From: Halocafeteria seosinensis | Taxonomy: Eukaryota | DNA length: 42,306 nucleotides | Direction of reading: 5' to 3' | Assembly: GCA_001687465.1 (NCBI GenBank) | Contig: LVLI01000013.1 | Location: 62,001-104,306, forward strand | Shown here: positions 24,752 to 37,573 of the stretch, piece after piece | Layout: every line of letters begins with the position of its first letter | Numbering within the stretch: position 1 is the first letter of the stretch | Position numbers and translations under genes: made by a program | Notes under the pieces: model-generated | Told to the model about the DNA's origin: nothing | What the model saw: only the letters and a program-made list of their open reading frames with translations | Database searches by the model: none

Positions 24752-24820
24752 CATTAAGTAGATAGATCATGCCGTGTCAAATGGTACGTGTTACGAATTA
24801 TACGATCGCAGAGTAATCCC

Positions 24821-27800
24821 TTAGTCTTCCTTCATCTTCTCCGTGACATCGTTGTGCAAATCACACAAATATTCACAGTAGCTTGGCCTGGACTGTTCAA
24901 TGCGGTCCTCGCGCATGAGACTTGCAAAACGGTTGAGGAACGAACTTTGGTCGCTGACAATGTGAAGCGGTAGGTATGGCTCTCTTTCTCTTCGAATCTC
25001 ACCGATAATGTTGAACAACCGGATACTGAGATCCGTCTCCTGGGCCGCTACGGAGAAGAGGCAAGACGGGAGCTCACTGGGACCAGTGTATTGTGACCCG
25101 AATATCTCCCGAAACTTATCCAAAGGACACATCTTAGAAACGTACAAAAAAAATCCTTTTTCGCATTCCAGCAGATGAATTCCCTGTAGCGACATTTGGG
25201 AAACCGAGGCCCAAGTAGAGGAGGGTAGTGAGACGTACTCCAAACCATCAGCAATTTCACCATCATCAAAGCGGGGAGCGGGAGCTCCAGAACCTACTTT
25301 GTTGTACCCGTCGGTCAACAGACTTGCTTTGTATTTGTCAGGAATACTTTCAAACACATACCCTTGCTGTCCTTCTAGTGCTGTTATGTCAAACATGCGT
25401 GGGTAACAATAGGGTATCAGCAGGTGTAGCGGTAGCGACTTTAGTCGATGAAGGGACACTATGCGTGCATCGGAGCGCACGACAACAGGTGCAAATGGAT
25501 CGCCGCCTTTCCGGCTCTGACTAACGTGCTTTTTAATGGCGTTAGCGTCGTTAGGGAGGAAAGCATCAGTCTTTAATAAGCAGTTAACCAATAACGGAAG
25601 ATGCTTTAAGGATTCGGGGAGTACTAACTGTCCGGAGCTGGCCTTCAAGGCGCACTTCCTCCGATAAGCAGTAAGATACCGGACACATTCGCCACTAATT
25701 GTCTTTTTTACATCCTCCATGACACTATCCGCTTCCTTCGATGATTCCAACTGTCTCACAGCTTGCTGTGACAGTAGCGAAAGGACAGCTTCGACATCCG
25801 CATGCTTGAAAAGCACATGCGCCTCACCAGTCACAGAAATGGACAGCGTGTGCACCCGTACTTTTCTGTCCCCCACGTTAGATGTATAGAGAAATGCAGC
25901 CTGCAGGTAAACAAAATCGCCTTCCTCAAGTTCGGTTCCATCATGCTCCAGCTCAACAGTGATCTGCTGGTTATCGTCAAGGATGGGAACGTCTACGACG
26001 GGAGAGATTTTGCTCATAAAATTTCCACGATATTGTTTTATCCGGATACCCTTACTACATCGGAGTTTAAACGCGCCGTCATATCCCTTTTCCCGACAAA
26101 AATCAGACATTAGTTCATTCACGACCTGGTTGTGTACTTCTAGATCGGCGTGTCGCGGTAATATCTCTAAACTGCCCCATTCGTCTGTTTCTGCCGCGGA
26201 ATGACTCTTCCGAGAGATCTCGTTCAAAGCCAACGTTGCAGATGCTCGGAACCGATCATATCGGACGATTGACCCACTCGTTGACTCAACAATTTTTGCA
26301 ATGTATGCAGCGTCGATGTGCTGGTTCGTCAAGATTTTAAAATCGACACGCACCTGCTGTTCATTTGCAGTGGAAGCTAAAGAGGTGTAGCACTCCTCAG
26401 CTGTGCCAGCTGACATATTCAGTAAACTCAACTCTTTGACTGTTCCGTATTGGGTGGCGAATTCTCGGTTAGGCACTTGGCCGAGCCCACAAGATACCTT
26501 CGTAGACTGGAACACGACGACATGACCACCAATCCCTTCCAGTCCATTTGTGGCAGCAGCCAGTGCACTGATAGGCGCACTCTGGACACACGTTGTGTCT
26601 TTGAACAGGGCTGCTATAGTGTTAATACCATCTAACAACACTTGCCGCATTGCGCCCAGAGGTAAAGCCCAAGAATACAACGGAAGCGGGCAATATGGGT
26701 CGTCAATATCCACTACTTGCAAGTGCCTTACTTCCTCTTGATTCGTCGGAAAAGAAAAAAAGTGTAAGGACCCGTCAAACGCGATGATTGCAACACGCTT
26801 TCTGGACTCTGGAGGGGCGCATTCAATAGAGCTCTTTATCGCATTGAGAGAAGCGCGAAACGCCCCGCTATACACAGACTGGGCTGTAGCCTCCACACAG
26901 AAGACATTAATGGGATCCTCAAAGCAGCTTCTCCCCTTGTAGCTATCAGGAGCTAAAAGTTCCCAGCTACCATGATTTAACTCAGGCCGAGACTCCTGAT
27001 CGTGCCGTCGTCCGTAGCTATCGGTCGTGCTCTGGTACCACTCCGGGGTTTCGTTAGTGGCATTGCAAAAATTGCAAACCCATACTTTTGAGAATTGACC
27101 CCAAGAGACGAACGAATTGATATACGCGGAGCACGTCGAGCAACGTATCGGTCCACCAGTACTCCTGAAGTCCACCACTTCAATCTCATCCTCTCCCGCC
27201 GACACTCGTGGATGTCCCAAAGGTCGAACGCTTACTGAAAGAGGCAACTGTGTTTCCTGAAGAAGTTCCTTTGATTTTGGATATTTAGCGAGGGTGCAGC
27301 GCATAAATCTGGGATTTGCGCTCCCTTTATCTTTAGCAATATAGTGGGAAAAGGCTGATGGCGGGAGCTCTGTGGTTCCACCAAACGTCAAAAACTCTGT
27401 AGGCTCGATCGCCGTGTTACGACTTGGACGTGGAACTTTCTCCGGATTAATCCGATTTGAGCTATCCTCTTTAGCCGGAGGAGGATAGAACTGTTGCAGT
27501 GGATGCTTGTGAGATTTGTCAGTAGGAAGTCCCTGGCTTTGCGGCACGTTTGTGCGGTTGGAATTGTCGGAGACTGCACTTTGCTGAATGTCCCCATGCG
27601 CGCCCCTTAACGCCTGATTTCGACGCCGGGGACCCATTGCAGGAGTTTGCTTCCTCAGAGTTTCGGAATGAGGGTCATTGGGATCTGATACGTTGGTTGT
27701 CTGAAATGAGGGTGATCCAACAACAGTCCCGTTATGTGGGGTGCTGGACGTCCCGTGGTTCCCTGACTGGGTAGTAAGTGTAGTTTGTGAGCCGGAAGAA

Positions 27801-28459
27801 ACCTGCATGGTTTCCAAATCAAACGGTGGAGCGAGTTTCCTAGCAGATGTCACTGCGTTCCCAGGACTTACGGAGACAGGAGGGGAGGCTGAGAACATCT
27901 GTGCCGTTTCAGAGTACTGAGGATAACATCGACGACCGTTAGTACCCTGACTGTGCTGATGACTATTGGGAGGAGCATTTCGAGGTAAAATATGCCTGCT
28001 GTGCTGCAGTCTCTCTCCCTGAAGATGTGCGGTCAGGTCGTTTCCAGTTGGTGGGAGTTGCCCCGAAGCACCAAGCCGGCCTACGTCACTATGCTTCTCT
28101 TTCTGACTTGTCGGAGGATCTAATGGAGCTCGAGCTGGATGACCACTCCCTGTTACGCGTGCATTCGTGGGCAGGCTTTCAGTTGTTCCACTACCATTAG
28201 TTGCCGGTGGTCCCACAGACCCCTTCGAGGCAGGGGCAGCTCTACGAGGTGGCCCTTGCTGCCTCACTGGGGGTCCTCTAGCAACATGAGGGGCACTCCT
28301 ACCCTGTGAAGAGAATATTCCTTTCGGTTCCGCATTACTTGTGCCTGTGGAAGGACGTGTGTGGGAGAAGGATGTGTTAGTAAAGCCCCTTCTCACTGTA
28401 CGAGGTGCTGGAGCGAAGTGACCTCGTTGTTGCTGCTCGTTTGAAGCCGAGGAAGACAT
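24821..28459 (-). CDS. SEC24: COPII coat cargo adaptor SEC24 (SEC24C/D-like), apparently intronless
   Basis: P/Q/S-rich N-terminus; ANPRFMRCT; zinc finger CSTCSAYIN...WVCNFC; RPELNHGSWE; LQAAFLYTS...RKVRVHT; SSGQLVLPESLKHLP; SYCEYLCDLH. First ATG at 28459. Confidence 0.95.
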   Translation of the reverse strand: MSSSASNEQQQRGHFAPAPRTVRRGFTNTSFSHTRPSTGTSNAEPKGIFSSQGRSAPHVARGPPVRQQGPPRRAAPASKGSVGPPATNGSGTTESLPTNARVTGSGHPARAPLDPPTSQKEKHSDVGRLGASGQLPPTGNDLTAHLQGERLQHSRHILPRNAPPNSHQHSQGTNGRRCYPQYSETAQMFSASPPVSVSPGNAVTSARKLAPPFDLETMQVSSGSQTTLTTQSGNHGTSSTPHNGTVVGSPSFQTTNVSDPNDPHSETLRKQTPAMGPRRRNQALRGAHGDIQQSAVSDNSNRTNVPQSQGLPTDKSHKHPLQQFYPPPAKEDSSNRINPEKVPRPSRNTAIEPTEFLTFGGTTELPPSAFSHYIAKDKGSANPRFMRCTLAKYPKSKELLQETQLPLSVSVRPLGHPRVSAGEDEIEVVDFRSTGGPIRCSTCSAYINSFVSWGQFSKVWVCNFCNATNETPEWYQSTTDSYGRRHDQESRPELNHGSWELLAPDSYKGRSCFEDPINVFCVEATAQSVYSGAFRASLNAIKSSIECAPPESRKRVAIIAFDGSLHFFSFPTNQEEVRHLQVVDIDDPYCPLPLYSWALPLGAMRQVLLDGINTIAALFKDTTCVQSAPISALAAATNGLEGIGGHVVVFQSTKVSCGLGQVPNREFATQYGTVKELSLLNMSAGTAEECYTSLASTANEQQVRVDFKILTNQHIDAAYIAKIVESTSGSIVRYDRFRASATLALNEISRKSHSAAETDEWGSLEILPRHADLEVHNQVVNELMSDFCREKGYDGAFKLRCSKGIRIKQYRGNFMSKISPVVDVPILDDNQQITVELEHDGTELEEGDFVYLQAAFLYTSNVGDRKVRVHTLSISVTGEAHVLFKHADVEAVLSLLSQQAVRQLESSKEADSVMEDVKKTISGECVRYLTAYRRKCALKASSGQLVLPESLKHLPLLVNCLLKTDAFLPNDANAIKKHVSQSRKGGDPFAPVVVRSDARIVSLHRLKSLPLHLLIPYCYPRMFDITALEGQQGYVFESIPDKYKASLLTDGYNKVGSGAPAPRFDDGEIADGLEYVSLPSSTWASVSQMSLQGIHLLECEKGFFLYVSKMCPLDKFREIFGSQYTGPSELPSCLFSVAAQETDLSIRLFNIIGEIRREREPYLPLHIVSDQSSFLNRFASLMREDRIEQSRPSYCEYLCDLHNDVTEKMKED

Positions 28460-28891
28460 TATTTCGCTTCTCAATTCGGAACCTCCTAATAAATTTTACC
28501 ATCGACAACCAATCATCCCATTCATTAGCGTAAATTGTGTCAATCTTGTTGTAACACAGCCGCGGACGGTCATGATCGTTGTTGCGTGAGACAACAAACA
28601 TATGTTGGAGCACTGAGGTTGGAATTCCTGCATTTACATATGCAGAAGAACGTTAGAAGTTCCTGAAACTTCTTCAGAATAGAATATTGTCTATGAAGTT
28701 ACATAGGAGCATTGCATTGTCGAACTTGTTTGCGTCTAGCAAAGGCTGTGAAAGCTTTGGCTAACGGAGTGTCGCGGGACAAACTTACCCCCGGAGTGCA
28801 CAATAAATTGTGCCTACCTCTGCGTTTTAGAAGCTGATATTACTTAAGCTTTGGAAGTGGGTTATCAGGATCTCCTATTCGGTGTCTATCA

Positions 28892-31800
28892 ATGCTGCGT
28901 AGACCACCTCGTTTCCCATCTGGTGGGACAGGCTCCCAACCTGGAGCCTCTCGTGCCAACACCGCTTCTATTCAGGCCAGAGGGCCTTTCCCCCAACAAG
29001 CGTCTGTTGAGAGTGATACGAGAACAAGCGCGACGCATCAACTTCAGGGTAGCTCGGAACCTCACGTGGACGAAAGCCATGCGAACGCGGGACTGAATAG
29101 TCCGCCACCACAGGATGCATCAGGGTTTTTCGCAGCTCCTCGTCAACCACCACAGCAGTATCAACAGCAACACTATGGCGGGAGCAGTAGCACCAAGGAA
29201 TTTACTCAAATAGATGATACTGTTAGCCACGCACAAGGAAAGCTTTCGTTGAACCAGCAACAGTTGTACTCTTCTGCCGGGTCGCTGACTGCAGACCGGG
29301 AAGCAGCGAATGCTAGCTCCTCGACGGCTTTGGGCGTGTCAATTGATAGCATACATAGTAATGGGAATGGAATTGGATATAACAGGGGAAATGGGATGGC
29401 TTTAAACTCGCGAACAGGTGGTAATAGTGGGACAAACACGGGAACAGGGCAGTTTATCATATCAAGAAGCAACGACACTCACAAGGGGAGCATTCTACCT
29501 ACACATAACCCAACCGGTGGAGCTTTCTATGATCAATCCAGGTCTAACTTTTCGGAAAAAGGAAATAATGCGGTTCTTCTTGCTCTTGTCGGTGTTGTTT
29601 TATGCTGCCTATGCATAGCTTGGTGGTCGGAGGGACAAAAGTACCTCTTCGTTGTGCTTGCACTATCCGGGTGCGGACTTTTGTTCGCGAAGTACATAAG
29701 CAGGTGAGTGTGTTGCTTGAGCTCACATTGCGCGCTGCATTATGGTTTATCAAGTAAATCGGCATAACAATGCAGTTGGGTTCTGAATAAAGACTCGGGA
29801 ACTCCGGACATGCGCGAAATATCCGACCCAATTTTTGAAGGGGCTCAAAGTACGTGCCTAGAGACGGTTTTGCGTCCATCTGTTTTGCTTTGCATATTAT
29901 GACGATTGCATTGCATTCTTTGCAGGCTTTCTTCGCGTTCAGTACAGCGCAATCTCCCGACTATCGGGCTTTGTTGCATTCCTTATATTCCTTAGCTACA
30001 AGCTGCGGCCGGAGTTTTCTGGAGAAGGTATTGACTCTTTGGGAGGCAACGTTCTCGGTACAATTAGCGCTATATCCTTTGTTTTGGTATGTGATTTGGC
30101 CTAAACATGTAACTGCGAATTTTTGGAGGCAATTCATTGACTTGTGCTATTCAGGGTGCTGTATGCTCGGCCATAGCGGGGTATGTATCTATGTGGGTGT
30201 CCGCTCACGCAAATATCCGGGTTGCATCCGCGGCGAAAAGGTCTTATCTTGAAGCAATGATAATCTGTTTCCGCGGCGGCGCGTTTTCCTCGATCTTAGT
30301 TATTGCTATGTGTGTCGCTGGCATTTCGATACTGCATGGTATTCTTTATTGGGTCTATGTGCCTCAAGGAACTGTGAAACCTACAGATGTCCCACTTCTA
30401 ACTGTGGGATACGGGTTTGGAGCTAGTTTCGTGGCGCTGTTTATGCAGCTCGGCGGTGGGATATATACCAAAGCAGCAGACATTGGGGCCGACATGGTTG
30501 GCAAAATTGAGGCCGGAATTCCTGAAGATGACCCCAGAAACCCTGCGGTTATTGCAGATCTTGTGGGAGATATGGTAGGTGATTGTGTGGGCTCTAGCGC
30601 AGACATTTTTGAGTCCGTCGCAGCTGAAATTATCGGTGCTATGATCTTAGGTGGCTCATTAGCGCACGAGGCAGATGGGGGCGTCGCCAATCCCTTAACA
30701 TTTGTATATTTTCCATTGATGATTCACGCATTTGATATACTAGTTTCCTCCGCTGGCGTGTTGTCATTAGGCGACGGCAAGTCTTCTTGGGTGACAAATC
30801 TGACAGGCTTTGGTTCTCAAAGGGCGGTGGATCCAATGGGACTGCTTAAACGAGGCTTTCTGGTCGCGACTGCTCTCGCATTTGGCTGTTTTGCGCTAAG
30901 TTGCTACTGGATGCTTTATAGCGAAGTATCTGCTAACGCCTGGTTACACTTCTTTGGATGCGGCATTGTCGGAATGGTTACTTCGTATGTTTTCGTTCTG
31001 TCTACCCAGTACTACACAGACTACCAGTATTCTCCGGTTCAATCTATAGCAGCTGCAAGCGAAACTGGTCATGGGACGAATATCATCACTGGAGTTTCTG
31101 TCGGAATGATTTCAACCTGTATCCCCGTACTTACGGTCTCTTTCTCCGTCATTGCGAGCTATTGGCTGGGAAGAACCAGTGGAATTGGTAACGGACATAA
31201 TGGTGGCTTATTTGGCACTGCAGTCGCAACGATGGGCATGCTCAGTAGCGCGGCGTATATTCTGGCCATGAATAACTATGGTCCTATCGCGGATAATGCT
31301 GGGGGCATAGTGGAAATGAGCAGTCAACCAGAACAAGTCCGGGCTTCTACCGACATGCTCGATGCTGCCGGCAATGTAACAAAGGCTATAACGTAAGAGT
31401 CAACAAGAATCAGCCGTTTCATGACATGAGTTACCTAAGTTTCTCTGGAATTACAGGAAAGGCTATTCCGTAGGATCGGCAGCTCTAGCTTGTTTCCTTC
31501 TTTTTGGAGCTTTGCTTGATGAGTTTTCCGCATATTCTCGGAAGGCTTTCCATTCAGGTACGGGTCACGCGCCATATTACATAGCAACTGATATTCTCTT
31601 AACGATAAAGTGTACCGTTCCGCAGTTGATATCACTGTCCCGGAGGTCTTGATCGGGGGTCTGCTGGGAGTAATGATGATATTTTTCTTTGTAGGCTTGA
31701 CGGTGGCTGCTGTAGGACGAACCGCCGGCGAAGTTGTAAAGGAAGTTCGGCGACAATTTAAAGAGAATCCCGAAATCATTGAAGGAACGATGAAACCTAA

Positions 31801-32224
31801 CTATGGAAACTGTGTCAAATTGGTCACTCAAGCTGCGCTGAAAGAAATGGTTTTGCCAGGTATTTTGACGGTTGCGATGCCCGTCACACTTGGACTCGTC
31901 TTTAGGAGTCTCGGTGAAATGAGCGAACGCCCGCTTCTCGGAGCAGCAGTCCTTTGTGCATTCGTTATGTTTGCTACAGTAACTGGAATATTGATGGCAT
32001 TGTTCCTGGACAATGTAGGGGGTGCCTGGGATAACGCAAAGAAGTACGTAGAGAGTGGAAAACACGGAGGTAAGAATAGCGAAGCTCATAAAGCAGCCAT
32101 CACCGGTGACACGGTCGGCGACCCGTTCAAAGACACGGCAGGGCCAGCTTTGCATGTAGTGATCAAACTTCTTTCTACCACGATCCTAGTTTTGGCTCCA
32201 CTGTTTGTCGGGCGTGCTTCGTAG
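28892..32224 (+). CDS. Membrane H+-translocating pyrophosphatase, K+-independent (type II, AVP2-like), multi-exon, long N-terminal extension
   Basis: Spliced ...YISWVLNKDSGTPDMREISDPIFEGAQ...; GGGIYTKAADIGADMVGKIEAGIPEDDPRNPAVIADLVGD; GPIADNAGG; DAAGNVTKAITKG (Lys of the K+-independent subfamily); GGAWDNAKK; GDTVGDPFKDTAGP. Confidence 0.95.
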
Positions 32225-32228
32225 AACT

Positions 32229-34923
32229 TCATTGAAAGTCAAATAATGAGACCTTTTTAGAATTCTTCCCTTTCAGTTTCTTTTTATCCTGCTTTTTCTG
32301 TTTGTTGGCAGTTGAGCTGCTAGAACTTACTCCCTTGATAAGCTCTCCGAATTCCCCATCGTTTTCAGCATCTTGTTCGGCCTTATTTTTGGCGCTGTTC
32401 CTATCTTGCGGACCCATAGCGGCCATCTGGTAAAATTCCTCTGCTGACAAATGCGGCTTCTCCCTCCTCGCTAGCGAACTTAAATACAGGTGAGTTTGAC
32501 GGGTATCGCTATGAGAGCTTTTCTCCCTAGTGGATTTCGCCGAGAGAGAGGGGAACGCACCATCGTCGCGACCCTGCTCTCGTTGGCGTTCTACAAGACC
32601 ACCGCTGTGCCTGTTTGCCGGACTAGAACGTGTGAGGAACTCGGAAGCAGTGAGACCACGAATACTTGTCGTTGAAGCTTCTCGTCCGTCATGCGAGGAA
32701 CTGGAGTCCATTGTGGGTGCCGCACGGGTAGTTTGAGGAGTGACGGTGGCATCCGAGGTAAGCCTGGCGGCTGAGGCATGGCCCCCACGCGAGCTGCCAG
32801 ATGGAGTTTGTCTGCTCCGCGCGACTACACGTAGCACCCCTCCATTCTCTTCACCATGTTTTCTATAAACTCCTAAATTCACGGAGGAATCATGCTTCTC
32901 ATCAAAGCGCGCATACGCTCCACTCTGATTATTAGCGCGTGCCCCTCCTTCGTCAAGCGAACGCTGATGGATCCTGTGCAGTTTATTTCGCTTGTCCGCA
33001 TCGGATAATTGCTGAATCAATTCGGGAAAGAAGGACTTAAGCTGCTCCGAAGTGAATAACTGCCTTATCAAATCATAATACTTTTCAGCTGACAAAGAGT
33101 TATTCTTGAACTCCAAAGAAAGCCTTCTGAACTCGTCGAACTTCAATGGGTTCGGCTCACAAATCTTCTTGACAACGGAAACTGGGTCCGTCGGAGTACT
33201 CTTAGTCGCTGATGATGCCGTAACCGCTCCATCGTTTTCCGCCACAGCAGGCGGAGTGCTTTCTAATACTTGATCTAGCATATCCGACTGTTGCCTCTGG
33301 ACACTGTCACTTGCCGATGCAGTTTTCTTGCCTTTAGGTAACTTCCCTTTCTTAACCTTAACATTTACGCCCCACGACGGCTGAGTTGAGGTATCGCTGT
33401 CAAGTGGGCTCGGCCTTGAACTCTCCCATGATGCTGCTGCAAAGCTTTGTTCACGTGTTTGAGTCTGAGATGAGAGCTTTGGAAAATCATCTTCGGTCAT
33501 GCGAGCATTCCCATGGGATATCTGTCTCGGACCTGGAGGTGCCCTAGCCAACGCACGCTGCGAAATAGACGCATTGGAATTCGGCAGAGATGGAAAAGAA
33601 GCTGAGTCCGCGATAATTGATGCAGCAGAATAACACCCTTCTTGAAGCTCAGAGTTACTGTCTAGGTTCCCGTAGGATTCTCCTGCGCCACCCAAATCTT
33701 GGTCAGTGGTGCTGGTGCCACTCCAGAGATCAAGCCGTCTGTCCGACCTCGAAAGTTTTTTATTGTGTATGTTCGTCATATGAGAAATCAAATCGGCCTC
33801 GCTTCGAAACGCCCGATATGGAAATTCCAAGCAATCCGGTTCCTCGCAGACATAATGATGCTGCCGATAGTGCTGCAGCACATCTCTATGATGCTCAAAG
33901 AAGATATCCTGGGCACCTTCCTGAACGCAGACATCACAGTGAAAGTGGTTATCGCGCATGTGTATAAACAGCTCAGTATCTCCATAGAATCTTTGCTTGC
34001 AAAATTGACAGAACGTGTGACCGGGAAAGCCAGAACCTGCGAGGTATAGAGCAATCAATATGCCACGCGAGCTTAAGAGATCTGAAATGTTATAAAAGGA
34101 GCATAATTGCGTACTTTTTAATCCCCTTTTACAATGCGTCTTCCATTCATCGAACGTCATTCGTGGGAGCTCCATAACAAAGTTGTGGTTGTGATGAAAA
34201 CAGACATCGCATATCATCTTGTTGTGCTTCTCTTTTAAATACCTTTGAAGCTGAGAGAACGAATCAAACACGGCGTCATCTTCACCTACACCCGCCTTGA
34301 AACGTCTTAGCTCCACAGTACATTGATACTCCTGTTCTTCGTCGAAAAAAATCCCTGATGTTTCATCTAGTATCAGGTGGGGCCCTCCTATTTCACCATA
34401 CGTCCCAAAACTGCACTCAATAACAACGCTATTCGTAACCGGTCGCTTTCCGAGCCTGCGATTACACTCACCTTTCAAAAGAGATATCACCACCCTTCCG
34501 GGATGCTACTACATGTTCCGCCTCCTGTTTGCAAACAGGGCAAGAGATATCCTTGAGCAAAACTCGCATCCTTGCGGCGCACAGCAAGCAAACTTCGTTA
34601 TGTCCACATGGTCGCAGGATTCGCACGTCAAGATCATTGGCACACAAAATGCACCGGTCGCTTTCACTTTTCATTTGACCTGCAGTTCCCTCATACGAAT
34701 GGGAGGAACGACTCCTTTGACGCCGCTGCTGCTGCTGAAGAGCCTCCTGAGCCCTTTGGCGGTGGACTCGCATAAGTTCTTCAGCCCGGGCGTGGTTACT
34801 ACCGCTTTCATTTCCTGCTGAGGAGCCATATTGTTGCCCTCCTCTTCCTCTGCTTCCTCCTCGTCCTCCATCTCTGTTGCGATTACCTCTTGTGGTTTGT
34901 TCAGCGGCTCTGTTACGTGGCAT
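32229..34923 (-). CDS. ZNF598: RING + C2H2 E3 ubiquitin ligase ZNF598/Hel2 (ribosome quality control)
   Basis: RING CILC...CGHNEVCLLCAARMRVL...CPVCK; C2H2 array GHTFCQFCKQRFYGDTELFIHMRDNHFHCDVC, HYVCEEPDC; FPxL motifs; PAH-like FDEFRRLSLEFKNNSLSAEKYY; two GT-AG introns; ATG at 34923. Confidence 0.88.
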
Positions 34924-35777
34924 ATTGCTTTGGAACACAACGCCAGGTCCCTAACTCACTGTACCCTCTCTTTGACGCTCAGTGAAGGAAAACGGGCAAT
35001 TTGGGTTCGGTTATTACAGGCAATGCATACAGTACGAACAGTATAAATCATAATAAACAATGCGATTAACAGATGAGTCTATGATATGACGACAAAAGTC
35101 ACTCCCCGACGCCGACTCTTCTTCACAAATACATGACCGCCATCTCATCAATCATGATACAACTAGCATACAAGTCGTGGTACCAGGGCTATAACATGTA
35201 GGCTATTGGTTCTCAGTGAGAATTTCCGACTGATTCTCCGGCCACATTAGCTACAGGTTAGCATAAAAGCACCTCTGGCGGGCACTGTGTCACAGTTTGC
35301 TACATACAAAGCAATACTAGGAGCGTATACTACCTCAATTGTATATGTAACTGCGAACAAGAGTAGTATTCAGTGTAGGTGAAAGGATCTCCATGTCCTC
35401 CGTTGCAATACACGGCAGAAATTGGACATGCAGAGTGGCGAATGTGAAATAGGGTGTTCGACATTTATAATAGCGGATTCTCATTTCTGGCTGCTCTGGT
35501 CAATACCATCATGGACTTACAAAGCGTGGCGCACTCGAAACTCTCCTTTCGTTATCCATACGTTGATTACAGACTTCAAACCTCTGGAGTCCAGATCCAA
35601 GTCTGAGTCTTAGACTGTCTGACACGCGTGAAGTTCAATGAACTGCCCCAGACGGGAGCAGTAGTATCAACGATGTTACCAGGATCTTTAAACCAAAGTA
35701 CCGTTCGAGGGTAAACACGCAATAAGGCCTATAAAGGCTGTTTTCGTTTGCCGTCGGAAGACAGTTCTTGCAAAGGG

Positions 35778-37117
35778 ATGTCAAGCGCACACTCTATCAG
35801 TGATGTCATAGTGTTGGAGATAGGAGCTGCACATACCATTGTGGGTTTCGCGGAAGAACCACACTATCGCTATATAGTCGATTCTCCGGTATGTATCACC
35901 GTACTACTTAATGCAGGGTTGGATCTAGAATGTTTGCTATCTATCGCTCAGTGCAGCTCTGCTTAGATTCCACCGCCTACCGACCTAAGCCGATTCAGGG
36001 TAACGACCGCAGTTATGGCAGAACGGAAGGAAAGAGTCACCAGAAAGGACTACTTAGAGGATACCAGCGCGCAATAATCCCATGGCTACGCTTCATTTTT
36101 TTGGATATGCTGGATATCCGCCCTCAAGAGCACAGAATCGTTATCGTAGTGGACGATGCTGCGCGCCGAGACACTTTATTGGCAGTGTTGCAGCTCTGTA
36201 TACACGAATTTGATATGAAAGGCGCGCAAATAGTTCCATCAGCAGTAGCGATCATGTCTGTCAGCGGGTTTACTACAGGGTTGGTTGTTGATGTTGGATA
36301 CAGGGAGACAAGGGTCATCCCTGTTTATGAAGGTTCAGTTGCTCCTGAGAGGATCGAACGTAAGGTCTCATATGCTCAGATATTCTCAGTGTACAAATTA
36401 GCACTTTTATCCTTTTTGCTTCCAGGAATAGCTTGTGGGTCATTCGACTGTATATGTACTTTAGATAAGAAACCGGTACGAACTAGCATCGTGCAGAGCG
36501 ACACCAGTGTGGAAGAAGATGTGTTCTTGAACGTTGATGAGACAGCTGCTCGAGCGCATCAATATCAATACGCATATTCTGGCCGAGGTTTCACCAGACT
36601 GTATGAGAAAACCTACTGTAGGGAAGGTAGCTCTGCAACGGTAGACAACTGGAGTCCTGCAGATTTGGGAAATGCAATTGGCGACGCTGTCCAGTCATGT
36701 CTACGAAAGCACTCTGCGCTCGAAGTCCGGAGCGTTCTAAGCAATATTGTACTTAACGGCTACCTCAACTCACTGCCAGCGTCCTCTAACGCTATCAAAG
36801 AGTGTATTTACGCTGCGACATTCGAACATAACTCTTTGGAGACAGAAGAAGTTCAACTCTCGGCGGGGATATCTCCGTTGTTTAATGCCTACTACGGTGC
36901 AGTTATTTTAGTTCGGTCTGGTCGTTCGCCAAAGTCACTATTTAGCCGGACCAACATCCCAATGCCTGAGTACTATGATCCTGAAACGTGGCAAGAAGGT
37001 TTACTTGAGTTTACTCGTTCCCATCGGCTACGGGCTGGCTGCGAGCATAACATAAATCCGCTTGACGATTCTGGAGTGTTTTCCCTTACTGATTTGCTAT
37101 ACCGTCGACAAATGTGA
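35778..37117 (+). CDS. Divergent actin-related protein, ARP10/ARP11 (dynactin)-like
   Basis: IVLEIGAAHTIVGFAEEPHYRYI; intron ~35889-35956; TGLVVDVGYRETRVIPVYEG; SNIVLNG; NAYYGA. Subfamily assignment is an inference. Confidence 0.75.
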
Positions 37118-37573
37118 TGCTAGTTGCACCATTTCCCATGAAGGCACCAAAACAAAGGTACAAGGATCGGCGTCCTTGGTTTTATAGGCAGCAACAAACC
37201 ATAGAAGACTGATGAGCTCGGTAACAAAAACGAAAAACGTAAAAGGAAAGGCAAGATACCGGAGTGAACAGTGAGCACTAACCGCCTGGGTGCAAAAAAT
37301 CAACGAACTTCAGTACTCCAAAGGGTTGAAATTTGCTAAGTGTTTTACTCAAGCATGGCGAAGCAGCAACCTCGCTATGAGTTCTCTTCGAGTCTCCACT
37401 GCATCGGCTGAATGGATTCAACAGCCGGTCTCCCGACACGAGGCGCGGGCCGGACTTGAGCTACCATGCCCCACTTTTTTAACGTTATTGGAAGCACGAT
37501 CACCAGGATCCAAGCCATACATTTTGGCACTAAGCGATGTGACTATTTCGCTTCATAGCGACTCTTGTTTCCG

